Assembly: GCA_028865345.1 (NCBI GenBank)
Contig: JAGWKL010000001.1
Span: forward strand, 235,098-299,097
Direction of reading: 5' to 3'
Length of the DNA: 64,000 nt
DNA from: Candidatus Omnitrophota bacterium
Lineage (GTDB): Bacteria; Omnitrophota; Gorgyraeia; Zapsychrales; Fredricksoniimonadaceae
Shown here: in pieces, positions 31,408-41,655 of the stretch
How positions within the stretch are numbered: position 1 is the stretch's first letter
How the letters are laid out: every line of letters begins with the position of its first letter
Position numbers and translations under genes: made by a program
The notes under the pieces: model-generated
Databases searched by the model: none
What the model was told of the DNA's origin: nothing
What the model saw: only the letters and a program-made list of their open reading frames with translations

Positions 31408-31463
31408 TTAGGATTTATACTACGTATTGTCAAGTATGCACTTTATAGGTATATACTATCTAA

Positions 31464-31844
31464 TTGGAGAGTAATATGGCCAAAACAAAGACTACCGATT
31501 ATAGCGATAGCATCAACTGCCCTATCGCCTACACTATTTCTATATTCGAAGGAAAATGGAAGTGGCTGCTGATTTATGTTCTATCAGAGGAAGGGACGAT
31601 GCGCTACGGCGAGCTAAAAAAATGTTTACCGAGCATTACACATAAGATGCTGAGCCAACAATTAAAAGGATTAGAGAAGCTGGGATTGATTTCCCGAAAA
31701 GTTTACCATCAGATCCCACCCAAAGTAGAATACACGCTCACAAAGAAGGGCTCTTCTCTTTTACCCATCTTAGACTTGATGTGCACCTGGGGCGCAAAGC
31801 ATGATCCTACTTGGAAGAAAGGTCTAAACTCCCGTCAGGGGTAA
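31464..31844 (+). CDS. HxlR-family transcriptional regulator (divergent from the AKR gene)
   Basis: 'CPIAYTISIFEGKWKWLLIYVL' HxlR signature. Confidence 0.75.
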   Translation: MESNMAKTKTTDYSDSINCPIAYTISIFEGKWKWLLIYVLSEEGTMRYGELKKCLPSITHKMLSQQLKGLEKLGLISRKVYHQIPPKVEYTLTKKGSSLLPILDLMCTWGAKHDPTWKKGLNSRQG

Positions 31845-31903
31845 AAACTAAGCATCTGTAGTTTATTAATTCACAATGACTCATGATACTAGATATCCTG
31901 GGG

Positions 31904-31924
31904 TCACTCGTGGGACGAGTTTTG
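31904..31924 (+). terminator. Putative rho-independent terminator after the HxlR-family gene (CACTCGT-GGG-ACGAGT + TTTT)
   Basis: 6-7 bp stem followed by a T-run, 60 nt after the stop. Confidence 0.4.
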
Positions 31925-31938
31925 TAACTTCTTGATGC

Positions 31939-32193
31939 TTATGCCGTCTGTGCGATACGATGTATGACTTCGGAAAGATAGCTTTGATACGGAATCTTAC
32001 GCTTCTGAGCCATTTTCTTAATTCGATTTATATCATTACGATTAACTCGAATAGTTAACGTCATATCTTTCTTCCTTGCAGCAATAGCATCAGCAACTCG
32101 TTTTAATTCAATTCCTGTGACTGGAACAAACTCATCATTTTCGATAGCTTCCATTATTTCTTTTTCTTCAGCATCAAGGTATTGTTTTTTCAT
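31939..32193 (-). CDS. brnA: BrnA-like (CopG/RHH-type) antitoxin
   Basis: 84 aa; 'LDAEEKEI...' N-terminus and C-terminal 'IPYQSYLSEVIHRIA' typical of BrnA; low-GC gene. Confidence 0.6.
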   Translation of the reverse strand: MKKQYLDAEEKEIMEAIENDEFVPVTGIELKRVADAIAARKKDMTLTIRVNRNDINRIKKMAQKRKIPYQSYLSEVIHRIAQTA

Positions 32194-32196
32194 TTT

Positions 32197-32448
32197 TTAC
32201 CTCCCTAAATATTTCTTTGTAAATTTTCGATTTTGAAATGCCGTTTTTAAAAACAAATAATCTTCGCCTTCAACATACGGAATAACCCACACATACTTCT
32301 TATGCTCAAACAACATCAGCTTTTGATGTTTCTTCGTCGGATGATTCTCTATTCCGATAAATCGTGAAGTAAGCAAATCTTCAAAAGTCACTTTACGTAA
32401 CTTCTTTAACCGGTCATTCTTTTCTGAATTCCAATATATCTTATCCAC
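32197..32448 (-). CDS. brnT: BrnT-like (DUF497) ribonuclease toxin
   Basis: 'IYWNSEKNDRLKKLRKVTFED...YVWVIPYVEGEDYLFLKTAFQNRKFTKKY' DUF497-like; 3-nt gap to the antitoxin gene. Confidence 0.6.
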   Translation of the reverse strand: MDKIYWNSEKNDRLKKLRKVTFEDLLTSRFIGIENHPTKKHQKLMLFEHKKYVWVIPYVEGEDYLFLKTAFQNRKFTKKYLGR

Positions 32449-32536
32449 AATGTAATTATACCATTTACAAATGTAAATACAAGTATAAATACAAAAACCA
32501 TCTGCAACTTGATGTGTTACAGATGGTTACGATATC

Positions 32537-32613
32537 TGGGGTGAGTGACGGGATTTGAACCCGCGACCTGAAGAGCCACATTCTTCCGCTCTGCCAACTG
32601 AGCTACACCCACC
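32537..32613 (-). tRNA. tRNA-His (anticodon GTG) with encoded G-1 and CCA
   Basis: Hand-folded cloverleaf: acceptor GTGGGTG/CACTCAC, extra 5' G, C73 discriminator, anticodon loop ATGTGGC, T-loop TTCAAAT. Confidence 0.85.
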
Positions 32614-32634
32614 ACTTGAGAAATGTCTGATATC

Positions 32635-32712
32635 TGGCGCGCCTGGCACGAATCGAACGTGCGACCCACAGCTTAGAAGGCTGTTGCTCTCATCCAACTG
32701 AGCTACAGGCGC
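32635..32712 (-). tRNA. tRNA-Arg (anticodon TCT)
   Basis: Hand-folded: acceptor GCGCCTG/CAGGCGC, anticodon stem ACAGC/GCTGT, loop CTTCTAA, T-arm GCACG-TTCGATT-CGTGC, CCA encoded. Confidence 0.85.
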
Positions 32713-32782
32713 AAAAAAGCAAAGAATAAGTGTACCTTTATACCAAATTTCGTCGAAGATGTCCAGCTTAAGCAAAAGCCCC

Positions 32783-33061
32783 TTATTCGCCGAACTTATA
32801 ATGCTTTCGGACATCCTTTCTGACCTGCCAAGTGCAGCTTAACCCTTTCGGAAAAGTCACCAGATCACCTTTACCGAAGGAAACCGTCTCGTAAGGCGTC
32901 TTGACGGTCACTTCGCCTTCCAGGAAATAGCATACCTCCTTTTGGTCATATTGCCAATCAAAGCTGGAGGCATCCGCGGTCCAGACAGGCCACGAAAAAA
33001 CCTTTAAATTTTTAAGGTTTTCCTGCGTGGGTTTCTCAATGGAAATTTTTAAATTGGACAT
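32783..33061 (-). CDS. Small cupin-domain protein (DUF861/cupin_3-like)
   Basis: 92 aa, 'VCYFLEGEVTV...GDLVTFPKG' single cupin fold. Confidence 0.5.
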   Translation of the reverse strand: MSNLKISIEKPTQENLKNLKVFSWPVWTADASSFDWQYDQKEVCYFLEGEVTVKTPYETVSFGKGDLVTFPKGLSCTWQVRKDVRKHYKFGE

Positions 33062-33086
33062 AGACCTCTCCTCCTTTAATTACCGC

Positions 33087-33587
33087 CTAAGCGCCAGGCT
33101 TGGAAAACAACTGGTCCAGCTTCTGTTGTATTTTAGGCGTCATATAAATGCTGCTCCCCCAAATGGAGAACCAGACAATTTTGTACGTACCATCCTCGGG
33201 TGCCAGGGTAAGGTCGAAATTCATTTGAGCATCTTCAAATTTAACATCAAAGGTGTAGCGTTTGACCTGTCGGGGGGTCACATGCAACGGGATAAAGTCC
33301 GCTTCCCCCATCCTTTGGTGAAACGGGTAAAGTTCGGTTTCATTAAATTCAACCCTTCCCCACTCCTGACGGATCGTCTGCATGAATTGGTCAAACTGAC
33401 CGTAAGAAACCCTTTGCGAAAGTCCTTTGCCGAAAAGTCCGTATGCCGCGGCGTAGTCCGACCTCTGCAAATCATTAAAGAAAACCTGTGCCGTCTGGTC
33501 CGGATTCCGTGATGGCTTCTCTTGGACCGAAGCACAGCCCGTAACAAAAAAAACTGCTGCCATCATGACCCATGTCAATTTCTTCAT
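33087..33587 (-). CDS. Hypothetical lipoprotein
   Basis: 'MKKLTWVMMAAVFFVTGCAS' lipobox. Confidence 0.5.
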   Translation of the reverse strand: MKKLTWVMMAAVFFVTGCASVQEKPSRNPDQTAQVFFNDLQRSDYAAAYGLFGKGLSQRVSYGQFDQFMQTIRQEWGRVEFNETELYPFHQRMGEADFIPLHVTPRQVKRYTFDVKFEDAQMNFDLTLAPEDGTYKIVWFSIWGSSIYMTPKIQQKLDQLFSKPGA

Positions 33588-33643
33588 AGCGGCTCCTGTT
33601 TTATAGACGGTTGAAATATAAATAACATCTTTAAAATATCTTT

Positions 33644-35911
33644 TTACGCAGGATAGCGAACGCTCTCGAGTATTTGCGCAATCCGGCTGATCTGGCTTTG
33701 GGCCAGGATCTCCTGGGCTAATTTCTCACATTCCGACACGGACAATTGCCGTAAGCGCTCGTGCATGCGCGGCAGATAACGCGCGTCCATGCTGAAACAC
33801 CTGATGCCCAGCCCCAGCAAAAGGCTCAAATATTTAGGCTCATTGGCCATGTCCCCGCAAATAGAAACCTCCCTGGCGTGCTTCAACCCGGCTTCCACCA
33901 CCCTTTTCATGGCCCGCAGCACCGACGGATGGTGCGGCAGGTAGAGTGGCGCCACGCTGTCATTGGTGCGGTCGACCGCCAGCATGTACTGCACCAGGTC
34001 GTTGGTCCCGATGGAAAAAAAGTCCGCTTCCTGGGCCATCTCGTTGATGATCTCCACCGTCGATGGCAGCTCAACCATCACCCCCAGCAAAGGACTGGGG
34101 TTGAACTCCCTGCGCTGGGTTTCCAATTGCTGGACACATTCCTGCACGATGGCCTTGGCCTGCAGGAACTCGTCCAGTGAGGAGATCATCGGGAAAAGGA
34201 TGCGGATGCGCTGTCCCGCCCCGGCCCGCAGCATGGCCCTCAATTGGGCCACGAAGACGTCGGTGTGCTTAAAGGACAACCGGATGGAACGCAGCCCCAG
34301 GAAAGGGTTTTCTTCCCTGCTGTAATGGGTGTACGAAAGCACCTTGTCCCCGCCGATGTCCAGGGTCCGCAAGGTGATCTCCTTGCCCGGCATGCCTTCC
34401 ACCAGGCGGCGGTAAATCAAATACTGTTCATCTTCCGACGGAAAATTACTGCGGATCATGAAAGGGAATTCCGAACGGTAGAGGCCCACCCCGTCGGCCT
34501 TGAATTCATTCGCGGCTTTCAGGTCCCCCAACAGGTTGATATTGGCCATGAGCCTGACCGCCGTCCCGTCGCGGGTTTGGGGGTGTTCGCGGACCATCTT
34601 TTTCAAGGCCGGCAGGTTGCGGTTGAGTTCATCGCGCTGCAGGACCTTGGCCTTGACCAGAGGATCGGGATCGATGTAAATAGACCCCATGGACGCATCC
34701 AGCAGCACGTCCGTCGACGGATCCAGGAACAAGAGGGCCTCTTCATGGGTGATCACCAGCGGGATGTTCAGGGAACGCGCCAGGATGGCCACATGGGACG
34801 TGGCCCCACCGCTTAAAAGAATGATCCCTTTGATCTTCTGGGAAAAAAGCTTTAAGGCGTCCGAAGGAAAAAGCTCCCGGGCGACAACGATCTTGCCCTC
34901 ATAATCACCATGGGCCCGTGCCCGGCCTGTCAGGTTCTCCAGAAGACGGCGCCCCACGTCTTTGACATCGTAGATTTTCTCGCGCAAATAGGAGTCCTCG
35001 ATCCTGCTGAATTTAGACACATAGTCGTTGACCACTTGGGCGACGGCGGAAGGAGGATTGACGCCGCCCTTGATCAAATGAAAGATCGCATCGCAAAACC
35101 CCTTGTCCTTGAGCATCAGGATCTGGGCGGTAAAAATGAGCGCCGTCATATCGGGCAGGGTCGCCTCCAACTGGAGCTGCATCTCTTCCAGCTGGCGCTC
35201 GGTTTCTTCGATGGCCCGGCGGCAGTCAGCCTCACTGTAGCGCTCCCCGCCGGCGGTGCCGTCGTGCCGCAAATCCGTCACGGTCTCGCTGATGACCACG
35301 GTCGCCGCCAAAGCCACCCCCTCCGATCCGCAGCGTCCCCGGACAAATTTCACCTCCTGCGGAAGGGCGACAGGCGTTTTCTCTTTTTTGTCATTCAGGG
35401 TTATCAAAAGCCTTGCGGTCTCAATGGTCGTCGCCAGTTGGGCGGTGATGGCACGGAAAGCCTGGATGTCCTCGGGGGAAAAGTAGTCTTTTTTTTCGCT
35501 CTGGATGACCATGACGCCGACCTCGACATTGCCGCGGAAGATCGGGACGGCCAGAAATGATTCGAATTTTTCTTCGCCGATGCCGGGAAAAAAACGGAAG
35601 TTGGGGTTGTGCCTGGCCTGGCCCTCACAGATGGGGCGTTTTTCCCTCAGCGCCTGCCCCGTCAACCCTTCTGCGACGGCCATCCGGACCTTACCGACGG
35701 AGGCGGGATTCAGGCCTGTGGTGGCCCTGAGAACAAGCTCCTGGCGACCGGCGTAATAAAGGTAAATGGAACAGACCTCGCAGCCCATGTGGCGGGTGAC
35801 CATGGCGGTGATTTTCTGCAGGAACTCTTCCATGCTCACGGCGTCATGGAAAAGCCCGGCGATTTCACCCACGTCGCAGATGAGCTTGGTATGGTCGCGT
35901 TTGATGAACAT
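33644..35911 (-). CDS. ptsP: GAF-domain phosphoenolpyruvate-protein phosphotransferase (EI-Ntr type)
   Basis: N-terminal GAF domain, then EI 'GGATSHVAILARSLNIPLV' phospho-His region and PEP-utilizing C-terminal domain; start trimmed to MFIKRDH because the longer ORF would overlap tRNA-Pro. Confidence 0.85.
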   Translation of the reverse strand: MFIKRDHTKLICDVGEIAGLFHDAVSMEEFLQKITAMVTRHMGCEVCSIYLYYAGRQELVLRATTGLNPASVGKVRMAVAEGLTGQALREKRPICEGQARHNPNFRFFPGIGEEKFESFLAVPIFRGNVEVGVMVIQSEKKDYFSPEDIQAFRAITAQLATTIETARLLITLNDKKEKTPVALPQEVKFVRGRCGSEGVALAATVVISETVTDLRHDGTAGGERYSEADCRRAIEETERQLEEMQLQLEATLPDMTALIFTAQILMLKDKGFCDAIFHLIKGGVNPPSAVAQVVNDYVSKFSRIEDSYLREKIYDVKDVGRRLLENLTGRARAHGDYEGKIVVARELFPSDALKLFSQKIKGIILLSGGATSHVAILARSLNIPLVITHEEALLFLDPSTDVLLDASMGSIYIDPDPLVKAKVLQRDELNRNLPALKKMVREHPQTRDGTAVRLMANINLLGDLKAANEFKADGVGLYRSEFPFMIRSNFPSEDEQYLIYRRLVEGMPGKEITLRTLDIGGDKVLSYTHYSREENPFLGLRSIRLSFKHTDVFVAQLRAMLRAGAGQRIRILFPMISSLDEFLQAKAIVQECVQQLETQRREFNPSPLLGVMVELPSTVEIINEMAQEADFFSIGTNDLVQYMLAVDRTNDSVAPLYLPHHPSVLRAMKRVVEAGLKHAREVSICGDMANEPKYLSLLLGLGIRCFSMDARYLPRMHERLRQLSVSECEKLAQEILAQSQISRIAQILESVRYPA

Positions 35912-35917
35912 AGATAT

Positions 35918-35994
35918 GGTCGGGGAGGAGAGATTTGAACTCTCGACCTCTTGCTCCCAAAGCAAGCGCGCTAGCCAACTGCGCTACTCCCCGT
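35918..35994 (-). tRNA. tRNA-Pro (anticodon TGG)
   Basis: Hand-folded: acceptor CGGGGAG/CTCCCCG, D-stem GCGC/GCGC, anticodon stem CTTGC/GCAAG with loop TTTGGGA, T-arm GAGAG-TTCAAAT-CTCTC, CCA encoded. Confidence 0.85.
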
Positions 35995-36072
35995 CAAATG
36001 CCTTGAAAGGTGTTTAGTATAACATGCCTAATCATTGAAATCAAAAATAACGCGTGTATAATAAGGAACCTT

Positions 36073-39000
36073 ATGAGGTATAAAAGGATCCTAATTATCA
36101 TTGCCAGCCTGTTATTTTTCCTGACGGCGTTTACCTTTTATCTAAACCGCGTCATATTCCCCCGTCTGATCAAAAAAATAGCCGTTGAACGTATTGAAGA
36201 GGCTCTTAAACGCAAGGTGGAAATCGGAACCATCCACTTTAACTGGATCAGGGGGTTCATCATCGACAAGATCAAAATCTACGAAGGGGCCTCTGGCGGC
36301 GCTGTCTTTGCCCAGGCAGACCAGGTGTCCTTCGGCGTACTTTTGTTTCCGGGATTTAAACATTTCCGGATCACCATCCCCTATATCAATGTACGTTCCC
36401 CCTCTGTGCATTTGATACGTACGGGGCTTGAGACCTGGAATTTCAGCGATATGCTTCCTTCCCCCCAGCCCCCGGGGACCGCCCCGCCACAGGCAGCGCC
36501 GCCGGCCGCCGCAAAAACGACGAAAGCCCCTTCCCTCCAGATCGCCTGGGGAGGCATCTCCATCAGCAACGGTAAATTCCTGGTCGACGATGAATACACA
36601 ACACCCCGATGGAGCGAATATTTTGATAATATCAATCTGAAACTTTCCCTTTCATATAAAGGGATCAACTATGAATTTAACGCCGATATCCCCCGAAAAG
36701 GAGGTTTTGTGGGGGCGACGGTCCATTACCAGCCCCTGACCCAAAATACCGAGGCCCGGATCCGGCTTCAGAACATCAATACGGCCTCTTACCTGTCCCT
36801 GATCAATATCCCTGATTTTCATTTAAACAGCGGGTTCATTAAGTCCATTGATTTGAATATCCACCACACTCAAGCGACAACCTCGGCCCAGGGTAATATC
36901 TTGATGGAAAACCTGGACGTCAAACGCGGCGATGAGAGTTTCAAAGGCACCGTCGATTTGCGCGGTTTGGATGTGCAATACCAAAAGGACTCCATCACGG
37001 CCCGGGGACAGATCGCCGTAAACAATATGCTGGCCTCCATCCCCGGTCTTTCGGCCGGCGGCAGCGTGCAGGCAAAGGTCAGCGATCTTGAGCTCCAGGG
37101 ACAAAATATTGTCCTTAGCTGCTCTTTGCACGCACAGGACGTATCGGTGATCTTAAAAGACCGCCGGGGTTCGGCACGCCAATTGGATATCGACAATCTC
37201 AACATCAAGAAAGACGCCGACGGCGTCCATTCCACGGGGGACATCAGCACCAAAGACCTCTCGGTGAAATGGCCCGGCCAAAGCCTGCAAGGGGACATAG
37301 CCCTGAAAAGCATCTCCCTTCGCATGAAAAATGAAAATGATATCCGCCTGAAGGGAACTCTTGCAGCGGACCATCTTTCAGGCCGCCTGCCGGGGGTAGA
37401 TTTCAGCAGCCGCCAGGTCCTCCTTGAAAGCGCCCAAATGAGCATCCTCGACCAGAAAAATATCGCCTTGAGGACGGGGCTGTCCGTAGATGACATGTCC
37501 CTGGCCGCCGGAAAATCTCTGGTTTCCGGTTCCCTGGCAACGCACATGTTCCTGTTGGGCCTGGATAACGGCGTCATCACCGCATCCACGACCATGGACT
37601 TGACCAAGGCCAAACTGGATTTAGGGGCCCACAAAACCATTGAAGGTGACCCGCAAATGGAATTAAACCTGCAAATACCGCTCAAGCGCCCCCAACAATT
37701 GACCTATAAAGGCTCCGTCACGCTTTCAGACGGGATGATACGGGGATTTGCACCCTTTCCGCACCTCGACAATATCGAATTGGACGTTGACTTTCACAAC
37801 GACCATGCGACCATCAACGCCCTCAACGCCCAAATCCTCGATACCAATGTCAACGTCACCGGCACCGTGCATGATTTCAGAAAACCGGTCCTTGACTTGA
37901 CCGCCGAAGCCGACGAATTGGATTTAGCAAAAATCAAAGACCTCTTTCCCAAGATCGCCGGCCAATACGGCCTCACCATCGACGGCACCGCTGCCGTCAA
38001 GATCAAGTTTAACGGTCCTGCCGGCGACCCCTCGGCCGCCAATATCCTGGCGAAGGCATCGCTCAGGAATGCCGATGTCTCAAGCAGCAAATTCCATCAG
38101 CAGGTCAAAAACATCACCGGCATTATCGAAGCCACGACCGATTCCCTGGCATGGCACGCCATGACCGCCGACTATCTGGGCACAAAATACAGCTTGTCCG
38201 GAAACTTGAAAAATTTCAAAAAACCTGAAGTCTCTATGAACGTCAACGGACCCGACCTGCAGCTTGACGTAAATCTTGAAAAAAACAATGACCTCGTAGA
38301 GATCCATTCTATCAACGGTAAATATCTCAACGCCGGCTTCGAGGGCCGGGGGACGGTCAGGCTTGTGCCGGATGGGCCTCCTTTTGTCAATCTCAATACC
38401 AGCGTGACCGTCGGATTGGAAGATCTTGTCAAAGATCTTCCCGGCCAACAAAAGAAAAATATTTTACCCTTAAACCCCACCGGCATCATCAGCCTGACAG
38501 GCAACCTTCAGGGCCCCCTTCTGGATTGGAAGAAATACCGCCTCAAAGCCTCGATCACAAGCCCGGTCATAAGGCTCATGGGTTACCGGATGACGGGCGT
38601 GAAAATCGACATCAACCAGGCCGATGGAAAGATCAAGAATGCGACGCTCGATGGAAATTTTTATGACGGCGATGTGCATGCGGTGGCTTCTTTGGACCTG
38701 CGGGCCTCCGGCATGCCCTATGAACTGGCTTTGAACATCGAAGGCAGCGACCTGCACCAATTAAAAATGGATTCTCCCTTGAAAATGGACGAGATCAACG
38801 GGAAGTTCTTCCTGACCACCCTGGCCCATGGAACCGTGGCCGACTTTAAAGACACGCTGTCGGCCAGCGGCACGGTGTCCATCCGGGACGGTTACCTGGC
38901 TGAGTTCAACCTGTTCAAAGGCCTGCTGTCGGTCCTCAATGATGCCTTGCGCCTGGGACAGGTCATGATCACCGACGTCGACGGAAATTTCACCATCGAA

Positions 39001-39261
39001 AAACAAAAGATCATGACGGACGATTTAAGGCTTAAAGGCCCCACCATCGTGCTGTTGACCAAGGGGTGGGTCAATTTCGACCAAATGTGCGATCTGGACG
39101 TGACCGTGGATCTAAGCTCCGGGGTCGTTCCGGACATCGCCCATGATGTGCTCAACAGCATCAACATCCGTATTTACGACAAGATCGCCGACCCCAAGTT
39201 CAAACGCAGAATTTCGATGCCCCAGGTCATCAACACGCTTATCAAGAATTTCCTACAGTAA
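36073..39261 (+). CDS. AsmA-family outer-membrane-biogenesis protein (N-terminal TM anchor, long beta-rich periplasmic region)
   Basis: 'MRYKRILIIIASLLFFLTAFTFYL' anchor, then about 1000 aa repetitive beta-rich sequence typical of AsmA/TamB-like proteins. Confidence 0.65.
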   Translation: MRYKRILIIIASLLFFLTAFTFYLNRVIFPRLIKKIAVERIEEALKRKVEIGTIHFNWIRGFIIDKIKIYEGASGGAVFAQADQVSFGVLLFPGFKHFRITIPYINVRSPSVHLIRTGLETWNFSDMLPSPQPPGTAPPQAAPPAAAKTTKAPSLQIAWGGISISNGKFLVDDEYTTPRWSEYFDNINLKLSLSYKGINYEFNADIPRKGGFVGATVHYQPLTQNTEARIRLQNINTASYLSLINIPDFHLNSGFIKSIDLNIHHTQATTSAQGNILMENLDVKRGDESFKGTVDLRGLDVQYQKDSITARGQIAVNNMLASIPGLSAGGSVQAKVSDLELQGQNIVLSCSLHAQDVSVILKDRRGSARQLDIDNLNIKKDADGVHSTGDISTKDLSVKWPGQSLQGDIALKSISLRMKNENDIRLKGTLAADHLSGRLPGVDFSSRQVLLESAQMSILDQKNIALRTGLSVDDMSLAAGKSLVSGSLATHMFLLGLDNGVITASTTMDLTKAKLDLGAHKTIEGDPQMELNLQIPLKRPQQLTYKGSVTLSDGMIRGFAPFPHLDNIELDVDFHNDHATINALNAQILDTNVNVTGTVHDFRKPVLDLTAEADELDLAKIKDLFPKIAGQYGLTIDGTAAVKIKFNGPAGDPSAANILAKASLRNADVSSSKFHQQVKNITGIIEATTDSLAWHAMTADYLGTKYSLSGNLKNFKKPEVSMNVNGPDLQLDVNLEKNNDLVEIHSINGKYLNAGFEGRGTVRLVPDGPPFVNLNTSVTVGLEDLVKDLPGQQKKNILPLNPTGIISLTGNLQGPLLDWKKYRLKASITSPVIRLMGYRMTGVKIDINQADGKIKNATLDGNFYDGDVHAVASLDLRASGMPYELALNIEGSDLHQLKMDSPLKMDEINGKFFLTTLAHGTVADFKDTLSASGTVSIRDGYLAEFNLFKGLLSVLNDALRLGQVMITDVDGNFTIEKQKIMTDDLRLKGPTIVLLTKGWVNFDQMCDLDVTVDLSSGVVPDIAHDVLNSINIRIYDKIADPKFKRRISMPQVINTLIKNFLQ

Positions 39262-39861
39262 AGCTCTCTTGTGACGCGATAAAAGTATCCGGAATTTCTT
39301 AAGGGCGCGGGCCCGGTGGGAAATTTTGGCTTTAAGCGAGGCCGGCAGTTGACCGAAGGTTTTATTATATCGTTTAAGCAAAAAAAGCGGATCAAAGCCA
39401 AATCCATTGGTGCCGATATTTTTGGTCGTGACATACCCGCTGCACGTGCCCTGGACAACCCCCAACTCTTGTGCCTTGCAGTCAACTAAGGCTATCACAC
39501 AGCGGTAACGCGCCTGGCGCTTGGAGCCAGGCACGCCTTTGAGCAGGGCGAACAATTTCTTGTTGCGCGCCGCGTCGCCGGCGCCTTTACCGGCAAAGCG
39601 GGCCGAATAAATGCCCGGAGCATTTCCCAAAGCCGCCACTTCAATGCCCGAATCGTCGGCCATGGCCATTTTTCCGGTCGCCAGGGCGACAAAACGCGCT
39701 TTCTTCAGGGCATTCTCACGATAAGTCTTGCCGTCTTCAATGATGTCAGGGATCTGAGGATAATCCAAAAGAGAAGTGACCTTAAAAGGCAGGTCTGAAA
39801 GCAGTTCGATGATCTCTTTGACCTTGCCCTTATTGCGGGAAGCGACGATAAGTTCCTTCAT
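39253..39861 (-). CDS. rdgB: dITP/XTP pyrophosphatase (Ham1/RdgB)
   Basis: '[14 protein letters not shown]' and 'FGFDPLF' Ham1 motifs. Confidence 0.85.
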   Translation of the reverse strand: MKELIVASRNKGKVKEIIELLSDLPFKVTSLLDYPQIPDIIEDGKTYRENALKKARFVALATGKMAMADDSGIEVAALGNAPGIYSARFAGKGAGDAARNKKLFALLKGVPGSKRQARYRCVIALVDCKAQELGVVQGTCSGYVTTKNIGTNGFGFDPLFLLKRYNKTFGQLPASLKAKISHRARALKKFRILLSRHKRALL

Positions 39862-40574
39862 AACGACAGTTTCGGCAGGTTTTTTCTTTGCAGATTCAAC
39901 AGGTCTTTAATACCGCGGCGGGCAAGACTCAATAACGCGCGCATCTGTTTTTCGGAAAACGTCCCGCCCTCGCCCGTACCCTGCACTTCCACATATTCGC
40001 CGTTGGCCCTCATCACGACGTTCATGTCCACGTCCGCTTTGGAATCTTCAAGATAATTCAAATCCAGAACATTGACGCCCTGGTAAACTCCGACGCTGAC
40101 GGCTGCGACAAAATCTTTGATCGGTACCGTATCCATCATCTTCCGGCGGCGCATCCAAAGGAGAGCATCAGCCAGGGCGATGAACCCACCGGTAATGGAC
40201 GCTGTGCGGGTACCGCCGTCGCCCTGCAACACGTCGCAATCGATGCGGACGGTGCGCTCCCCCAAGCTGTCCATGTCCACCACCGAGCGCAGCGAACGCC
40301 CGACCAAGCGCTGGATCTCTTCCGTACGGCCGGAAGCCTTTTCCCTCCGGATGCGGCTGGTGCAGGAACGCGGCAGCATGCCGTATTCCGCGGTCACCCA
40401 GCCTTTGCCCGTACCTTTTAAGAACGGCGGCACACCTTCTTCAACGGAAGCGGTGCAAATGACCTTGGTTTCTCCGAACTCGATCAGGCAGGAGCCTTCC
40501 GCGTTTTTCATATAATTCCTGGTGATCTTGATGGTGCGCAATTGATTGGGTTTACGTCCGTCCGGGCGTTTCAT
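39858..40574 (-). CDS. rph: Ribonuclease PH
   Basis: '[11 protein letters not shown]...[18 protein letters not shown]' RNase PH signature; 4-nt overlap with rdgB. Confidence 0.9.
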   Translation of the reverse strand: MKRPDGRKPNQLRTIKITRNYMKNAEGSCLIEFGETKVICTASVEEGVPPFLKGTGKGWVTAEYGMLPRSCTSRIRREKASGRTEEIQRLVGRSLRSVVDMDSLGERTVRIDCDVLQGDGGTRTASITGGFIALADALLWMRRRKMMDTVPIKDFVAAVSVGVYQGVNVLDLNYLEDSKADVDMNVVMRANGEYVEVQGTGEGGTFSEKQMRALLSLARRGIKDLLNLQRKNLPKLSL

Positions 40575-40969
40575 GATTTCCCCCTGTATTCTGCGCTGAC
40601 CGTTGTGCCGATGCCGCCGCGCGGATTCATGACCACCTCAATGCGCATCCAGCGCGGATGGCAAGCCCTGACAAAATCATCCAGAAGCTTGTTGACCAGA
40701 TGTTCGTGAAAGATGCCGACATTGCGGTATTCGACTAAATACAATTTCAAAGATTTCAACTCCAAACAGACCCTGGCCGGCCTGTAACTGACCTTGATGA
40801 AGGCAAAATCCGGCAAAGCTGTCTTGGGGCAGATGCAGGTGAATTCCGGGATGGCCAAATCAACGACGTAATCACGGTCGGGATACTGGTTCTCCCAGAC
40901 TTCGATATCCGGCATCTTGAGGGCACGGATATGTTTCTGGCGGCCTTCGTAGGAACTGGTTTTTTTCAT
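40571..40969 (-). CDS. queF: NADPH-dependent 7-cyano-7-deazaguanine reductase (unimodular type)
   Basis: '[14 protein letters not shown]' QueF Cys motif, about 130 aa. Confidence 0.85.
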   Translation of the reverse strand: MKKTSSYEGRQKHIRALKMPDIEVWENQYPDRDYVVDLAIPEFTCICPKTALPDFAFIKVSYRPARVCLELKSLKLYLVEYRNVGIFHEHLVNKLLDDFVRACHPRWMRIEVVMNPRGGIGTTVSAEYRGKS

Positions 40970-41655
40970 CTTAATTTCATGAATTTGTGCACTTGGGGAA
41001 GTATTCTAACGTCTTTAAGGATTTTTGCACATGATTTTTGAAGCCTGAGGCAATCTTCGATGACCCCCTTCTTCATATCAAGATAATTGGGCTGCAGGAC
41101 CAGTAAAATCCCGGGATCGACGCCGGCCACAAGCCTTGCCGCCTTAAGCACGTCTTCCTTGGCGGTACCCAAAGAAATGACCGCCTTGATGAAGACTTCT
41201 TTGCGCGACGCTATTTTCAAAAACTCTTTATGCTCCGCCCAGAAAGCTTTTTGCTTAGTGGATGAGGGCAATTTAATGTCCATGGCAATGACATCGACGT
41301 CCTTGATGGTCTCCTGCAAGGCGCCGGGCAGGGTACCGTTGGTGTCCAAATAAACTTTCCGCGCCTTGGCCCGCAAGGCGCGGCAAAAGCTTTTAAGAAA
41401 ATCCTTTTGCAGCAAAGGCTCCCCGCCGGTAATGCTCACCGAGTGGGCACGATCGTATAAAACATCGACCCGGGCCATGAGCTCTTCCAAGGACAACTCC
41501 TGATACTCGCGCCTGCCGTCGCCGATGGAGGCGGGGGTGTCGCACCAGACGCAATGCATGTTGCACTCAAACAAGCGCACGAAGACCTGCGGCACACCGG
41601 CATAGGGCCCTTCGCCCTGAATGGAACGGAATATTTCTAAAATTTTGGCGTTCAT
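40966..41655 (-). CDS. queE: 7-carboxy-7-deazaguanine synthase (radical SAM)
   Basis: 'CNMHCVWCDT' QueE-type cluster motif. Confidence 0.85.
   Translation of the reverse strand: MNAKILEIFRSIQGEGPYAGVPQVFVRLFECNMHCVWCDTPASIGDGRREYQELSLEELMARVDVLYDRAHSVSITGGEPLLQKDFLKSFCRALRAKARKVYLDTNGTLPGALQETIKDVDVIAMDIKLPSSTKQKAFWAEHKEFLKIASRKEVFIKAVISLGTAKEDVLKAARLVAGVDPGILLVLQPNYLDMKKGVIEDCLRLQKSCAKILKDVRILPQVHKFMKLR

Noticed and set aside
33761-35938. Plus-strand ORFs up to 216 aa antisense to ptsP (33761..34180, 34244..34816, 34910..35560, 35609..35938)
   Set aside because: Antisense shadow ORFs of a high-GC gene with a clear EI/GAF signature on the minus strand. The translations are Arg/Gly/His-rich with no recognisable domain.
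36823-39006. Minus-strand ORFs inside the AsmA-family gene (e.g. 36870..37685, 271 aa)
   Set aside because: Overlapped completely by the plus-strand 1063-aa AsmA-like frame, which has coherent domain-like sequence. The antisense translations are Ser/Arg/Pro-rich.
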